From assembly GCA_944332715.1 (NCBI GenBank), contig CALVKN010000003.1:1-61241 (forward strand): DNA of 61,241 bases. The letters are read 5' to 3'. The notes under the pieces were generated by a model. The model was not told the origin of the DNA. It ran no database searches and saw only the letters and a list, made by a program, of their open reading frames with translations. This DNA is from an uncultured Bacilli bacterium. Its GTDB lineage: Bacteria > Bacillota_I > Bacilli_A > RF39 > UBA660. Position numbers and translations under genes: made by a program. This document shows positions 29,520 through 39,684 of this stretch, one piece after another. How positions within the stretch are numbered: position 1 is the stretch's first letter; every line of letters begins with the position of its first letter.

Positions 29520-30083
29520 ATGAAAATTGGTTTGATGTATGTAAGTGATTATGGATTTGCAGCAGCCCCAAGTAATTGGACAACAGAGTTATATAATTAT
29601 GAAAGTGCAATAAGTTTAAATTGGATATATACGGGACTATGGGAATGGACTTTAGTTAGAGGAACCGATTCTAATGAGAATGTATTTTTATTGTATGGTT
29701 CAGGCAATATTGGTGCAGCCTTGCCTGCTGATGATTTTTCGCTCCGCCCTGTTTTCTACCTTCAATCTTGGATATTATATTCTGGTGGAGATGGAACTCA
29801 AGAAAATCCATACAGAATTTCTTCTCCGGAGAATTTAATTAGTTTCACAATTGATGGAACTAGTTATTATGCTGAAGAAGGAATGACATGGGGTGATTTA
29901 GTTAATAGTATATATAATATATTAAATATAAAGTGTAATGATAGTTCTTGTTTTTATGCTAATTTAGATGCTTACGGAAATAACGTAATTCGTTTTGATG
30001 ATGTTGATGTTATTTCTTCTGATTTTATTCTTGAAGAAGATTATACGATACGGCATGTTTATAATGGTGGTGGTGGAAACTAA
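29520..30083 (+). pseudogene. 5'-truncated paralogue of the 2760-4340 surface protein with an additional C-terminal module
   Basis: KIGLMYVSDYGFAAAPSNWTT..WEWT..RPVFYL..GGDGTQENPYRI aligns with the C-terminal domain of 2760-4340; no RBS or signal peptide. Confidence 0.7.
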
Positions 30084-30210
30084 TTATCTTTTGAAAAGCC
30101 CTTATTTCTAAGGCTTTTTTCTTTTAATTTAAAAATAATTCTTAAAAACATTTCAAAATGAAGTGAATGTATGATAAAATAGAAGAGTACAAAAGTTATA
30201 GAGGTGTAGT

Positions 30211-30996
30211 ATGGCAAAAATAATATCACTTGTTAATCAAAAAGGTGGAGTTGGTAAAACAACTACTAGTATAAATTTATCGGCAGCATTAGGTCAACTT
30301 GGGAAACGTGTGTTACTTATCGATATGGATCCCCAAAGTAATGCTACAACTGGGTTAGGGTTAAACTCTAATGATTTTAAAAATGATATTTATGAACTAA
30401 TTACAGGTAAATGTGAAGTAAAGAAAGTTATTAAGAAGACTAAGTTTCATAATTTAAGTATTATACCTGCAACTATTAATCTTGCTGGTGTAGATGTTGA
30501 ATTTGTTAAGATGATGTTAGAAGATAAAGAATTTCAACAAAATATGCAACTTAAGTTGAAGTTAGATGAAATTAGGGATAATTATGATTATATAATAATT
30601 GATTGTCAACCATCACTGGGATTAGGTACAATGAATGCACTAGTAGCAAGTGATAGTGTAATTATTCCAGTGCAATGTGAGTTTTTTGCACTTGAAGGTA
30701 TTACGCAACTCTTAAATTCAATAATCATGGTCCAATCTAGTATGAATCCGGATTTAAGAATTGAAGGAGTGCTACTTACAATGCTTGATGGTAGAACTAA
30801 TATAGGGCTTGAAGTAATTGAAGAAATTAGAAAATATTTTAAAGATAAAGTATTTAATACAATTATTCCAAGACTTGTAAGATTAGTTGAAGCGCCATCT
30901 CATGGAAAACCAATCAATGAATATGATCCTACAAGTAGAGCAACTGAAGCATATCATAACTTGGCGAAGGAAGTGATTAGTAGAGATGGAAACTAA
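30211..30996 (+). CDS. soj: ParA/Soj ATPase
   Basis: NQKGGVGKTT, DPQSNAT, PVQCEFFALEG. Confidence 0.95.
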   Translation: MAKIISLVNQKGGVGKTTTSINLSAALGQLGKRVLLIDMDPQSNATTGLGLNSNDFKNDIYELITGKCEVKKVIKKTKFHNLSIIPATINLAGVDVEFVKMMLEDKEFQQNMQLKLKLDEIRDNYDYIIIDCQPSLGLGTMNALVASDSVIIPVQCEFFALEGITQLLNSIIMVQSSMNPDLRIEGVLLTMLDGRTNIGLEVIEEIRKYFKDKVFNTIIPRLVRLVEAPSHGKPINEYDPTSRATEAYHNLAKEVISRDGN

Positions 30997-31867
30997 GAAA
31001 AAAGCATTAGGTAAGGGGCTTGAACAATTATTTTCAAATACAGTAATTGATTTTGATAATTTTGAAAAAGATATTGTTGAAGAAAATGAAAATAATGTAA
31101 CAGAAATAAAGATTGATGATATTAGAAGTAATCCTTATCAACCTAGGAAGACTTTTGATATTGAATCTTTAAATGAACTTGCTAAGTCTATTAAAGAATA
31201 TGGAGTAGTGCAACCAATTATTGTTAAGAAATCTATTAAAGGATATGAGCTTGTTGCAGGTGAAAGAAGAACTAAGGCTGCTAAGATTGCGGGCTTAAAA
31301 AAGATACCAGCAATAATTAAAGATTTTGATGATCAAGAAATGATGGAAATAGCACTAGTTGAAAATATTCAAAGAGAAGATTTAAATCCAATAGATGAAG
31401 CAACATCAATAAGTAATATAATTAAATTAAGAGGATATACGCAAGAGGAGTTTGCTAATAAATTTGGTAAGAGTAGAAGTTATGTTACCAATATTTTAGG
31501 GTTACTTAAATTACCAGATGAAGTAAGAAAGTTAGTTGAAAAACGTAGTTTATCTATGTCTCATGCTAGAGTATTAAGTAAGATGGAAGATGAAGAAAAA
31601 ATAGTAGAACTTGCTAAAAGAGTTATAACTGATAGTTTAAGTGTTCATGAGCTTGAAAAGTTAAGTCAAGAAGAAAAGGCTGATACCAAAAAGAATAAAA
31701 GTAAAAGCAATTATGATACTAAATATAGAATGTTTGAAAATATAATTATGGATGCACTTAATACAAAGGTCAGGGTACATAAAAATAAAATTGAGGTATA
31801 TTTTGATGGGGTAGGAGAACTAGAAGATATTTTAGCAAAAATGCATATAGATATTGAGGATGAATAA
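30986..31867 (+). CDS. spo0J: ParB/Spo0J chromosome partitioning protein
   Basis: ALGKGL, NPYQPRK, AGERR, ENIQREDLNP. Confidence 0.95.
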   Translation: METKKKALGKGLEQLFSNTVIDFDNFEKDIVEENENNVTEIKIDDIRSNPYQPRKTFDIESLNELAKSIKEYGVVQPIIVKKSIKGYELVAGERRTKAAKIAGLKKIPAIIKDFDDQEMMEIALVENIQREDLNPIDEATSISNIIKLRGYTQEEFANKFGKSRSYVTNILGLLKLPDEVRKLVEKRSLSMSHARVLSKMEDEEKIVELAKRVITDSLSVHELEKLSQEEKADTKKNKSKSNYDTKYRMFENIIMDALNTKVRVHKNKIEVYFDGVGELEDILAKMHIDIEDE

Positions 31868-32073
31868 TGGAAAAACTAGTTGAATTTACTTTAGGTGATG
31901 AAGTCATCATGAAAAAGCCTCATGCATGTGGTACTAATTTGTGGACAATTTCTAGAAATGGAGCAGATATAAAGATTAAATGTAATGCTTGTGGTAGAGA
32001 AATAATGATGGATAGATTAGAATTCATGCGTAAACTTAAAAAGGTGATTAAGAATGAAGAAACTAAAGGTTAG
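31867..32073 (+). CDS. DUF951 family protein
   Basis: MKKPHACG...GADIKIKC..CGR. Confidence 0.9.
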   Translation: MEKLVEFTLGDEVIMKKPHACGTNLWTISRNGADIKIKCNACGREIMMDRLEFMRKLKKVIKNEETKG

Positions 32074-33595
32074 AGAAAAAATAGGATTACATCCTGTAAT
32101 GATGCTTCTTATTTTATGTTTTGCAGTAATCATTTTAAGTGGTGTATTAAGGTTTTTTAATGTACAAGCAACATATAGTAGAGTATCTAGTGTTACAGGA
32201 GATTATCAAGTAACTACAGAAGCTGTTAATTCGCTTTTTAGTTTAAGTGGTTTAAAGTATATATTTACATCCACTGTTGCTAATTTTGCTAATTTAGCAG
32301 TTTTATCTAATTTGATTATTATTCTTATTGGTATAGGGATAATGGTTAAGAGTGGTTTTTTAAAAACAGTAATAATATTACTTACGAAGAAGGCAAAGAA
32401 AACAACAGTTACTTTTGTTTTAGTTCTTGTTTGTATACTTGCAAGTATTGTTGGTGATTTATCATATGTTGTTTTAATTCCTCTGAGTGCACTACTATTT
32501 TTATATGGAAAGCGTAGTCCAATGATAGGTATTATTACTTCTTTTGCAGCCCTTACTTGTGGAAGTGGGATTAGTTTTTTCTTAACAAGTGTTGATTCTA
32601 GTTTGATTACTATGACTTTAACTAATGCTCATATTATTATGCCGGAATATGCAATTGGGCAATTTAGTTATATTCTAGTTATGTTTGTTTTAATTGTTGT
32701 AATGAGTATTATTATAACAAATATTAGTGAAAACCATATTGCCAAAAGGGGACCTAAGTATGAGTTTCCTGAAGAAGAAGTGGAAGAAGAATTAGTAATT
32801 ACGAAAAAGAAAATGCGTGGTTTATTATTTTCTTTAGGGGCAGGACTTGTGTATCTTTTGATATTTATTTATAATATTATTCCAGGACTTCCATTTTCAG
32901 GTAATTTACTTGATTATAGCCAAACATTATATATAGATAAATTATTTAGTTATGATTCATTCTTTAGTAATGGCTTTGTCTTTATAGTTGCAGTATTATT
33001 TGTAATACTAGGTCTTGCTTATGGAATTGGTGCTAAAACAATAAATAATAATAAAGAATTTATTGATGCCTTAGGTCATTCTTTAGATGGAATTGGTAAA
33101 ATACTAGTAATGATATTTGCTGTATCAATATTTATTAATATATTTAAAGAATCTAATATTGGTAATGTAGTTGCAGCAGCATTTGCTAATTTGATAAGTA
33201 ATTCTAATTTTGGAGGGTTACCACTTTTGATATTATTGTTCTTAGCAACTGTTATTACATCATTATTCTTGCCAAGTGCCTTAAATAGTTGGTCGATATT
33301 ATCTGCGACAGTGCCAACATTTATGGAAGCGGGTGTTAGTCCAGAATTTGCTCAACTTGCATACCGTTTGGGTGGTTCTGTTGCTATTGGACTTACACCA
33401 GTATTTGTATATTTTATAGTATATTTAGCATTTATGGAAAATTATAATCAAAGTAATAAACCTATAACTATGGGAGAAGCATTAAAGTACCAAATGCCAT
33501 TTGCTTTAATTAGTTTAGTAACTTTCTTAGCATTAATAATTGTTTGGTATATAACAGGTATTCCTTTAGGGGTAGGTGCTGGAGTTGCTTTATAG
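32054..33595 (+). CDS. AbgT family transporter
   Basis: LHPV N-terminus, SLFSLSGL, GDLSYVVLIPL, many TM helices, GIPLGVG end. Confidence 0.75.
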   Translation: MKKLKVREKIGLHPVMMLLILCFAVIILSGVLRFFNVQATYSRVSSVTGDYQVTTEAVNSLFSLSGLKYIFTSTVANFANLAVLSNLIIILIGIGIMVKSGFLKTVIILLTKKAKKTTVTFVLVLVCILASIVGDLSYVVLIPLSALLFLYGKRSPMIGIITSFAALTCGSGISFFLTSVDSSLITMTLTNAHIIMPEYAIGQFSYILVMFVLIVVMSIIITNISENHIAKRGPKYEFPEEEVEEELVITKKKMRGLLFSLGAGLVYLLIFIYNIIPGLPFSGNLLDYSQTLYIDKLFSYDSFFSNGFVFIVAVLFVILGLAYGIGAKTINNNKEFIDALGHSLDGIGKILVMIFAVSIFINIFKESNIGNVVAAAFANLISNSNFGGLPLLILLFLATVITSLFLPSALNSWSILSATVPTFMEAGVSPEFAQLAYRLGGSVAIGLTPVFVYFIVYLAFMENYNQSNKPITMGEALKYQMPFALISLVTFLALIIVWYITGIPLGVGAGVAL

Positions 33596-33606
33596 GGGGT
33601 GTATTT

Positions 33607-34707
33607 ATGAGTTTAAAAGCAGGAATTGTAGGACTTCCTAATGTTGGTAAGTCAACACTATTTAATGCGATAACAAAACAAAATATTTTGGCTGCAAATT
33701 ATCCATTTGCAACAATTGAACCAAATGTTGGGGTAGTTTTTGTACCTGATACAAGAGTGGACTTTTTAGCTAATTTATATAAACCTAAAAGTGTTGTTCC
33801 AACGACATTTGAGTTTACAGATATTGCAGGACTTGTTAAGGGAGCATCAACTGGTGAGGGATTAGGAAATAAGTTTTTATCCCACATAAGAGAAGTTGAT
33901 GCAATTGTTGAAGTAGTTAGATGCTTTGATGATGCTAACATAACACATGTTACCGGTAAGACAGATCCGGTGAGTGATATTGAAATTATCAATATTGAAC
34001 TGGTTTTAGCAGATTTAGATGTAGTAAATAATAGATTAGGGAAGATTGAAAAGAAGGCTGAAGCAACTAAAGATAAAGTAATGCAAGCGGAAGTAGATGT
34101 ATTAAAAAAATGTAAAATTAATTTAGAAAATAATGTACCTCTTAGGAGAATTAGTTTTGATGATGATTCTTTAGCAATACTTAAGAACTTTAATTTGCTT
34201 ACAATAAAACCAATAATATATGTTGCTAATGTGGATGAGGAATCGATTGTTGTTGGTGATAATGAATATTCTTTGAAACTTAAAAATTATGCTGAGGCAG
34301 AAGGTGCTGGTGTAATTGTGATGTGTGCTAAACTAGAAGCGGATCTTGCGGGATTACAAGACGAAGAGAGAGATGAATTTTTAGCAAGTGTAGGTATAAC
34401 TAATAGTGGATTGGATAAATTAATATTTGCAACATATAATTTATTAGGACTAGCAACGTTCTTTACCGCAGGAAGTGATGAAGTAAGAGCCTGGACATTT
34501 AAACAAGGCATGAAAGCACCAGAATGTGCAGGAATTATACATAGTGATATGATGCGAGGCTTTATTAAAGCTGAAGTAATGAGTTTTGATGACTTAAAAG
34601 AATTAGGTGATGAAAAACGAGTTAAAGAAGCCGGTAAGTTGCGAATTGAAGGAAAAGAGTATATAATTAAAGATGGAGATATATGTTATTTCCGATTTAA
34701 TGTATAA
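33607..34707 (+). CDS. ychF: Redox-regulated ATPase YchF
   Basis: GIVGLPNVGKSTLFN, ANYPFATIEPN, DIAGLV; start MSLKAG. Confidence 0.97.
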   Translation: MSLKAGIVGLPNVGKSTLFNAITKQNILAANYPFATIEPNVGVVFVPDTRVDFLANLYKPKSVVPTTFEFTDIAGLVKGASTGEGLGNKFLSHIREVDAIVEVVRCFDDANITHVTGKTDPVSDIEIINIELVLADLDVVNNRLGKIEKKAEATKDKVMQAEVDVLKKCKINLENNVPLRRISFDDDSLAILKNFNLLTIKPIIYVANVDEESIVVGDNEYSLKLKNYAEAEGAGVIVMCAKLEADLAGLQDEERDEFLASVGITNSGLDKLIFATYNLLGLATFFTAGSDEVRAWTFKQGMKAPECAGIIHSDMMRGFIKAEVMSFDDLKELGDEKRVKEAGKLRIEGKEYIIKDGDICYFRFNV

Positions 34708-34721
34708 AAAAGGAGGATTAG

Positions 34722-35366
34722 ATGAAAGATAATTTGGTAAGTAAAACATTTTTATGGATGTGTTTTGGTTTACTTGTTACTTTTCTAACTGGTTATTTTG
34801 TTTCACATAGTGAAGTTATGTTAGAAAATATTTATGGTGGTATGAGTTACTGGATATTTGTTATAGTAGAACTTGTACTTGTAATAGTATTATCTGCGAG
34901 GGTAATGAAAATGAAACCTGCAACAGCGAAGGTATGTTTCTTGCTTTATTCGTTTGTTAGTGGTTTAACATTTGCATCAATATTTGTTTATTATGCAATA
35001 GATTCAATTATGTTAATATTCTTAGTTGCAGCAGTTATTTTTGCTGTTATGGCTTTGATTGGATATACTACAAAAGTAGACTTAACACGCATTGGGACAT
35101 ATTTATTCTTTGCTTTAATTGCAGCATTAATTACAATGATTATTAATATATTCTTAGGAAGCTCAACGCTTGCAATGATTATTTCTGTTGTATGTGTTTT
35201 AATATTTATTGGTATCACTGCATACGATGTGCAAAAAATTAAGATGTTAGAAAATAGTGGACTCCCAAAAGAAAATTTAGCAATTTATGGAGCACTTGAT
35301 TTATATTTAGATTTTATTAATTTATTTTTACATTTGCTACAACTTTTTGGCCGTTCTAGAGATTAG
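34722..35366 (+). CDS. Bax inhibitor-1/YccA family membrane protein
   Basis: TAYDVQKIK, GALDLYLDFINLF. Confidence 0.9.
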   Translation: MKDNLVSKTFLWMCFGLLVTFLTGYFVSHSEVMLENIYGGMSYWIFVIVELVLVIVLSARVMKMKPATAKVCFLLYSFVSGLTFASIFVYYAIDSIMLIFLVAAVIFAVMALIGYTTKVDLTRIGTYLFFALIAALITMIINIFLGSSTLAMIISVVCVLIFIGITAYDVQKIKMLENSGLPKENLAIYGALDLYLDFINLFLHLLQLFGRSRD

Positions 35367-35373
35367 GTGAATT

Positions 35374-36135
35374 ATGGATACAATATTAAAAAGAGTAATG
35401 GCTTTTATTATTGATACATTTATTATATTAATAATTTCAAGTTCGATAAGTATTATTGGATTTATAAATCCTTATAAAGATGAATATGAAAATGCTTATA
35501 ATGAATATACAGAACTCGTAACAACAATTCAAGAAGAAGGATCTGGTGTTGATACGGATACTTATGAAGATGGTCTTATTGCATCATATTATAATGTTAA
35601 TAAATATAACGTTGTAAGAAGTGGTATTTCAATAGTTTGTACAATTTTATATTTTGGTATTTTACAATATGCTCTTAAAGGGCAAACAATTGGCAAGAAA
35701 ATTATGAAAATAAGAGTGGTTGCTAATAAGGATGATAAGAAGTTAAATGTTGGTAATTACTTAATTCGTTCAGTTATTCTTAATAATGTCATATTTTCAA
35801 TATTATTTATTGTAGGTATCTATTTATTTGATGCATCTGGATATTATAGTTATTCATCAATTGTTAGTTATTTACAAATGTTAGTACTTACAATTATAAT
35901 GTTAATGGTTGTTCTTCGTAGAGACTTCCGTGGTCTTCATGATTTTGCTGCGGGTACAAAGGTAATTGATTTAAATCCTGTGGTAGTAGAAGAAAATAAA
36001 GAAGAAGTAAAAGTAATCGAAACTAAAGAAGTTAAAGAAAATAAAGAAAGTAATACAAAAAAGAAAACTACTACTAATACTAAGAAAAAGACAAGTAATA
36101 AATCTAAGACTAAGAATTCTAAAGAAAAGGAATAA
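35374..36135 (+). CDS. RDD family membrane protein
   Basis: KRVMAFIID, GQTIGKKIMKIRV, RGLHD. Confidence 0.9.
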   Translation: MDTILKRVMAFIIDTFIILIISSSISIIGFINPYKDEYENAYNEYTELVTTIQEEGSGVDTDTYEDGLIASYYNVNKYNVVRSGISIVCTILYFGILQYALKGQTIGKKIMKIRVVANKDDKKLNVGNYLIRSVILNNVIFSILFIVGIYLFDASGYYSYSSIVSYLQMLVLTIIMLMVVLRRDFRGLHDFAAGTKVIDLNPVVVEENKEEVKVIETKEVKENKESNTKKKTTTNTKKKTSNKSKTKNSKEKE

Positions 36136-36219
36136 AACCTTTTCTTTTTTTCTGGTAATTGACAAAATGATACAATTATTATACTATTGATATAGTAGAG
36201 ATACTAGAAAGGATAGTTT

Positions 36220-37371
36220 ATGAAAAATTCAAAGATTACATCTATTGAACTGTGGCGTTTTATTTTTACTGTTGCTATTGCTTTGGGGCATTTAAACACG
36301 TTTATATGGCGTGAGACTGGTGAAAATTTAATATTTACTGGCGGGCGTGTTTTAGCATTTTTCTTATTTTTATCCGGCTATTTTTTGATGGCACATTATA
36401 AAAAAGTAAAGATAAATGGTAGCAATAAGGATGAAGCACCATCAAAACAAGCGTGGAAATATGCAGGTGGAAGATTTAAAGCATTATATCCAGCATTATT
36501 TATGGGGGTATTACTAGCATTTATTGTAAGAAATGCAATAAATGGGACAAAAATAACACAAATATTTGGAGTGTTTATGGATTCTATTTGGGAATTTTTA
36601 GGTATTTCCCAAATTGGAGCAGTAGGGCTTTTAGAACTTAAAACACTTACATTTGATACAACATTAGGGGTTTCACAACTTTGGAATGGCCCGCTTTGGT
36701 ATATTTCTGCATTAATTGTTGCTAGTTTAATTCTTTATTATGTAGTTTCTAAAAGTGAAGATTTCTTTACTGGATTTTTTGCTCCAGTGTTTATCATTTT
36801 AACTTATGCTAGTGCTGGTTTAACTAGTGCCGGTTGGGATAGAACAATGGTTAATGCTATAGGATTTCCAAATGGACTTGCCAGAGTTATGGCTGGTATG
36901 TGTTTAGGAATGTTAATGTATTATGTTGTGGAGTATTTTAGAAAGAAAAAATTTAGTGAAGTAATGACTATGGCATTTAGTTTGCTGCATATTGGAATAG
37001 CCATATTCTTCTTATATACCATTTATGCGGGAATTACATGGAGCGAATTTACTAATGGCATAATATTATTTGCCTTTGCTGTAGTTTTACTTACAAATAA
37101 AGATTATATTTCAGTTTTATATAATAAGAGTAGTGTATGTGCATTTTTAGGAAGGTTATCACTTTATTATTATGCAATACATATAGTATTTGTTTTCTTG
37201 CTTGCATATTTATTCCCAGAAATGAGTTATCATGCAAGTATCATATTTAATATTCTATTTACAACTTGTGCTTCATTTATTGTAATGTGTATTGATGATT
37301 ATGTAATAACACCGATATTTAGAAGACCAAAAGAAGAAGTAAAGAAAGTTCCTAAAAAGAAAATAGCTTAA
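36220..37371 (+). CDS. Acyltransferase_3 (OafA-like) membrane acyltransferase
   Basis: IELWRF, FFLFLSGY, LWYIS, multi-TM. Confidence 0.8.
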   Translation: MKNSKITSIELWRFIFTVAIALGHLNTFIWRETGENLIFTGGRVLAFFLFLSGYFLMAHYKKVKINGSNKDEAPSKQAWKYAGGRFKALYPALFMGVLLAFIVRNAINGTKITQIFGVFMDSIWEFLGISQIGAVGLLELKTLTFDTTLGVSQLWNGPLWYISALIVASLILYYVVSKSEDFFTGFFAPVFIILTYASAGLTSAGWDRTMVNAIGFPNGLARVMAGMCLGMLMYYVVEYFRKKKFSEVMTMAFSLLHIGIAIFFLYTIYAGITWSEFTNGIILFAFAVVLLTNKDYISVLYNKSSVCAFLGRLSLYYYAIHIVFVFLLAYLFPEMSYHASIIFNILFTTCASFIVMCIDDYVITPIFRRPKEEVKKVPKKKIA

Positions 37372-37452
37372 GGCAACTTAATTGTTGCTTTTTTCTTGGA
37401 AATTTATGTAATTTTTATTGAACTTAGAACATATATTTGTTATAATACTTGC

Positions 37453-37510
37453 GAGTAAAGAAATTACTCCTTGCTTCTTCGGAAGCCGAGATAGACCATA
37501 AGGAGGTGAA
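37453..37510 (+). promoter_or_regulatory. S6:S18 ribosomal leader
   Basis: CTCCTT pairs with the RBS AAGGAG; GCTTC-TTCG-GAAGC hairpin followed by CCG; directly upstream of rpsF. Confidence 0.7.
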
Positions 37511-37804
37511 ATGATGACTAAATATGAAATTATGTTTATAATTAAGTCTACTATGGAAGAAGATGCTATAAAAAAGACTAGTGAAGATATTCAAAAACTT
37601 ATAAACATTAAACCATCAAAAGTTATCGAATTCAAAGAAATGGGTAGAAAGAAACTAGCTTATCCTATTAAAAAAGAAACTAGTGGTTATTACTTTGTGA
37701 TGACTGTAGAAGCTACACATGATACTATTGCTGAATTTGATAGAAAAGTTTCTATTAATGAAAATGTATTAAGACATTTAATTATCAAGTTAGAAGGAGA
37801 ATAA
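37511..37804 (+). CDS. rpsF: 30S ribosomal protein S6
   Basis: KYEIMFI, GRKKLAYPIKK. Confidence 0.97.
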   Translation: MMTKYEIMFIIKSTMEEDAIKKTSEDIQKLINIKPSKVIEFKEMGRKKLAYPIKKETSGYYFVMTVEATHDTIAEFDRKVSINENVLRHLIIKLEGE

Positions 37805-37805
37805 T

Positions 37806-38285
37806 ATGAACAAAGTAATATTGATTGGAAGATTTACAAGAGATCCAGAATCAAGAATGTCACAAAGTAATATGGAAATAGCAAGATTTTCTCTTGCATG
37901 TCAAGGGGAATTTGTTAACCGTAATGGGGAAAGAGAAGTTGAATTTGTTAACTGTGTTGCTTTTAATAGACTTGCTACTACTATTAATAAGTATTGCCGT
38001 AAGGGTAGTTTAATTAGTGCTACTGGTAGAATTAGAAATAGTAGTTATGATGCCCAAGATGGAAGTAAAAGATATACAACTGATGTTGTTATTGAACAAA
38101 TGGAATTTTTAGGTTCAAGACAAGGTGGAGGAGATAGTGCTCCAGCAGTTGATAATAGTGTTTCGTATAGTCCAAGTGCATCAAGTGCTCCAAGCAATAA
38201 TATTGAAACAACAGATATTTCTGAAGATCCTTACAAAGACTTTGGTGACGAATTTACTTTAAGTAGTGATGATTTACCATTTTAA
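37806..38285 (+). CDS. ssb: Single-stranded DNA-binding protein
   Basis: MNKVILIGR, C-terminal DDLPF. Confidence 0.97.
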   Translation: MNKVILIGRFTRDPESRMSQSNMEIARFSLACQGEFVNRNGEREVEFVNCVAFNRLATTINKYCRKGSLISATGRIRNSSYDAQDGSKRYTTDVVIEQMEFLGSRQGGGDSAPAVDNSVSYSPSASSAPSNNIETTDISEDPYKDFGDEFTLSSDDLPF

Positions 38286-38301
38286 AAAGGAGGATTAAAT
38301 T

Positions 38302-38517
38302 ATGGCAGAATATTATCGTAAAAAGAAAAAAATATGTCAAATGTGTGCTGGTAAAAGCGTTGATTATAAAGATGTTATGATTATTAATAAATATATTAAT
38401 GATAAGGGTAAGATTTTACCTAGAAGAATGACTGGTGCTTGTGCTAAACACCAAAGACATATTGCTCAACAAGTTAAATATGCAAGATTTATGGCTTTAA
38501 TACCATATGTAAAATAA
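38302..38517 (+). CDS. rpsR: 30S ribosomal protein S18
   Basis: VDYKD, GKILPRRMTG. Confidence 0.97.
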   Translation: MAEYYRKKKKICQMCAGKSVDYKDVMIINKYINDKGKILPRRMTGACAKHQRHIAQQVKYARFMALIPYVK

Positions 38518-38580
38518 TATAGATGTAATAGTCTATATTTTTTTGTAAATAAAATGTTGGTAACTTAAGTGTTATCAACA

Positions 38581-38817
38581 TTATTTTATTATAGAATTAG
38601 GATAAGGTTTTCTTTCATCTGTTAGTCCAATTAAATAATCTACAGATGTATTATAGTATTTGGCAAGTATGGCAAGTTTATCAATTGGTATAAGTCTTAT
38701 GCCATTTTCATATAGACTGTATTGCTTTTGAGAAGTTTTTAGTATTTTGGCAACATCTTTTTGTAATAAATCTCTATCTTCTCTTATTTCTTTTAGTCTG
38801 CTTATATTAATACTCAT
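38581..38817 (-). CDS. XRE-family HTH transcriptional regulator
   Basis: RLKEIREDRDLLQKDVA...SQKQYSLYENG...SVDYLIGLTD. Confidence 0.9.
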   Translation of the reverse strand: MSINISRLKEIREDRDLLQKDVAKILKTSQKQYSLYENGIRLIPIDKLAILAKYYNTSVDYLIGLTDERKPYPNSIIK

Positions 38818-38842
38818 CTTTTTCACCTATTTATAGTTTCTC

Positions 38843-38887
38843 ATATATTCAAATGAATATATTGACAATATATGCAAATGAATATAT
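38843..38887. promoter_or_regulatory. Two palindromic operators flanking a TTGACA -35
   Basis: ATATATTCA-AA-TGAATATAT (38843) and ATATATGCAAATGAATATAT (38868), 25 bp apart; TTGACA at 38862. Confidence 0.7.
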
Positions 38888-38896
38888 GGAGGCTGT

Positions 38897-39488
38897 ATGA
38901 AAAAAGTAGTGTTGATAAGTAGTGCGTTACTAACATTTGTTATAGGAATATATTTTTATTATTATTCAGATAGTCAAAAATATGTATTAGAAAGTGAAAG
39001 CGGTAGTAATCAAAAGATAGTAAGTTCTAATTCACTTACTATGATGTATGAAATAGAATATCAAAGTGGAGAATATCAAGTATCTAGTGATAGTGTGTGG
39101 CCGGAGTCTGGATATATTTTTAATGAGAACTTATCAAAATGTGAAAATGGTGGAAGACTTACTTGGGATGATGTAAATAAAAAGGTATTATTGCAAACAA
39201 ATACTAGTGATAAGTGTTTTGTCTATTTTGATTATTCTTTATTAATATCATTTAGCATAGAATCGAGTCCAGGTAATACAATTGATTACTATAATGCAGA
39301 AAGGGGAATGACATGGAATGAATGGATTAATAGCGAATGTTAGTGGGTACGTTATATATAATGGAAATTATGTTTCTAGAAAGGCTAGTTGCTTATCTAT
39401 AGGAAATGTGGGTTATGTAAGTGTATCAGATTTAATCATAGCGAATCAAAACTATTTTATAAATACTGATGCTATTTGTCCTATGTAA
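38897..39488 (+). pseudogene. Membrane-anchored modular surface protein, frameshifted near 39338
   Basis: ORF stops at 39343 but continues in another frame (VSGYVIYNG...AICPM*, TAA 39486-39488); N-module shared with 60850, C-module shared with 29520. Confidence 0.65.
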
Positions 39489-39684
39489 ATTTTATTAGAA
39501 TGTTTTAATAAAGAATAAAATATATTCATGTTGATAACTTAAAAGTTGTCAACTTTTTTTAATTTTTGATAATTTTTTTGTGAAAATTTGATTAAAAAAA
39601 AGGAAATCGGGTTTTTGAGGACAATAATATAGTGAAGAGATAATTAGTTTAATTATTTTTAATTTTTAAAAGGAGGAATATTTA

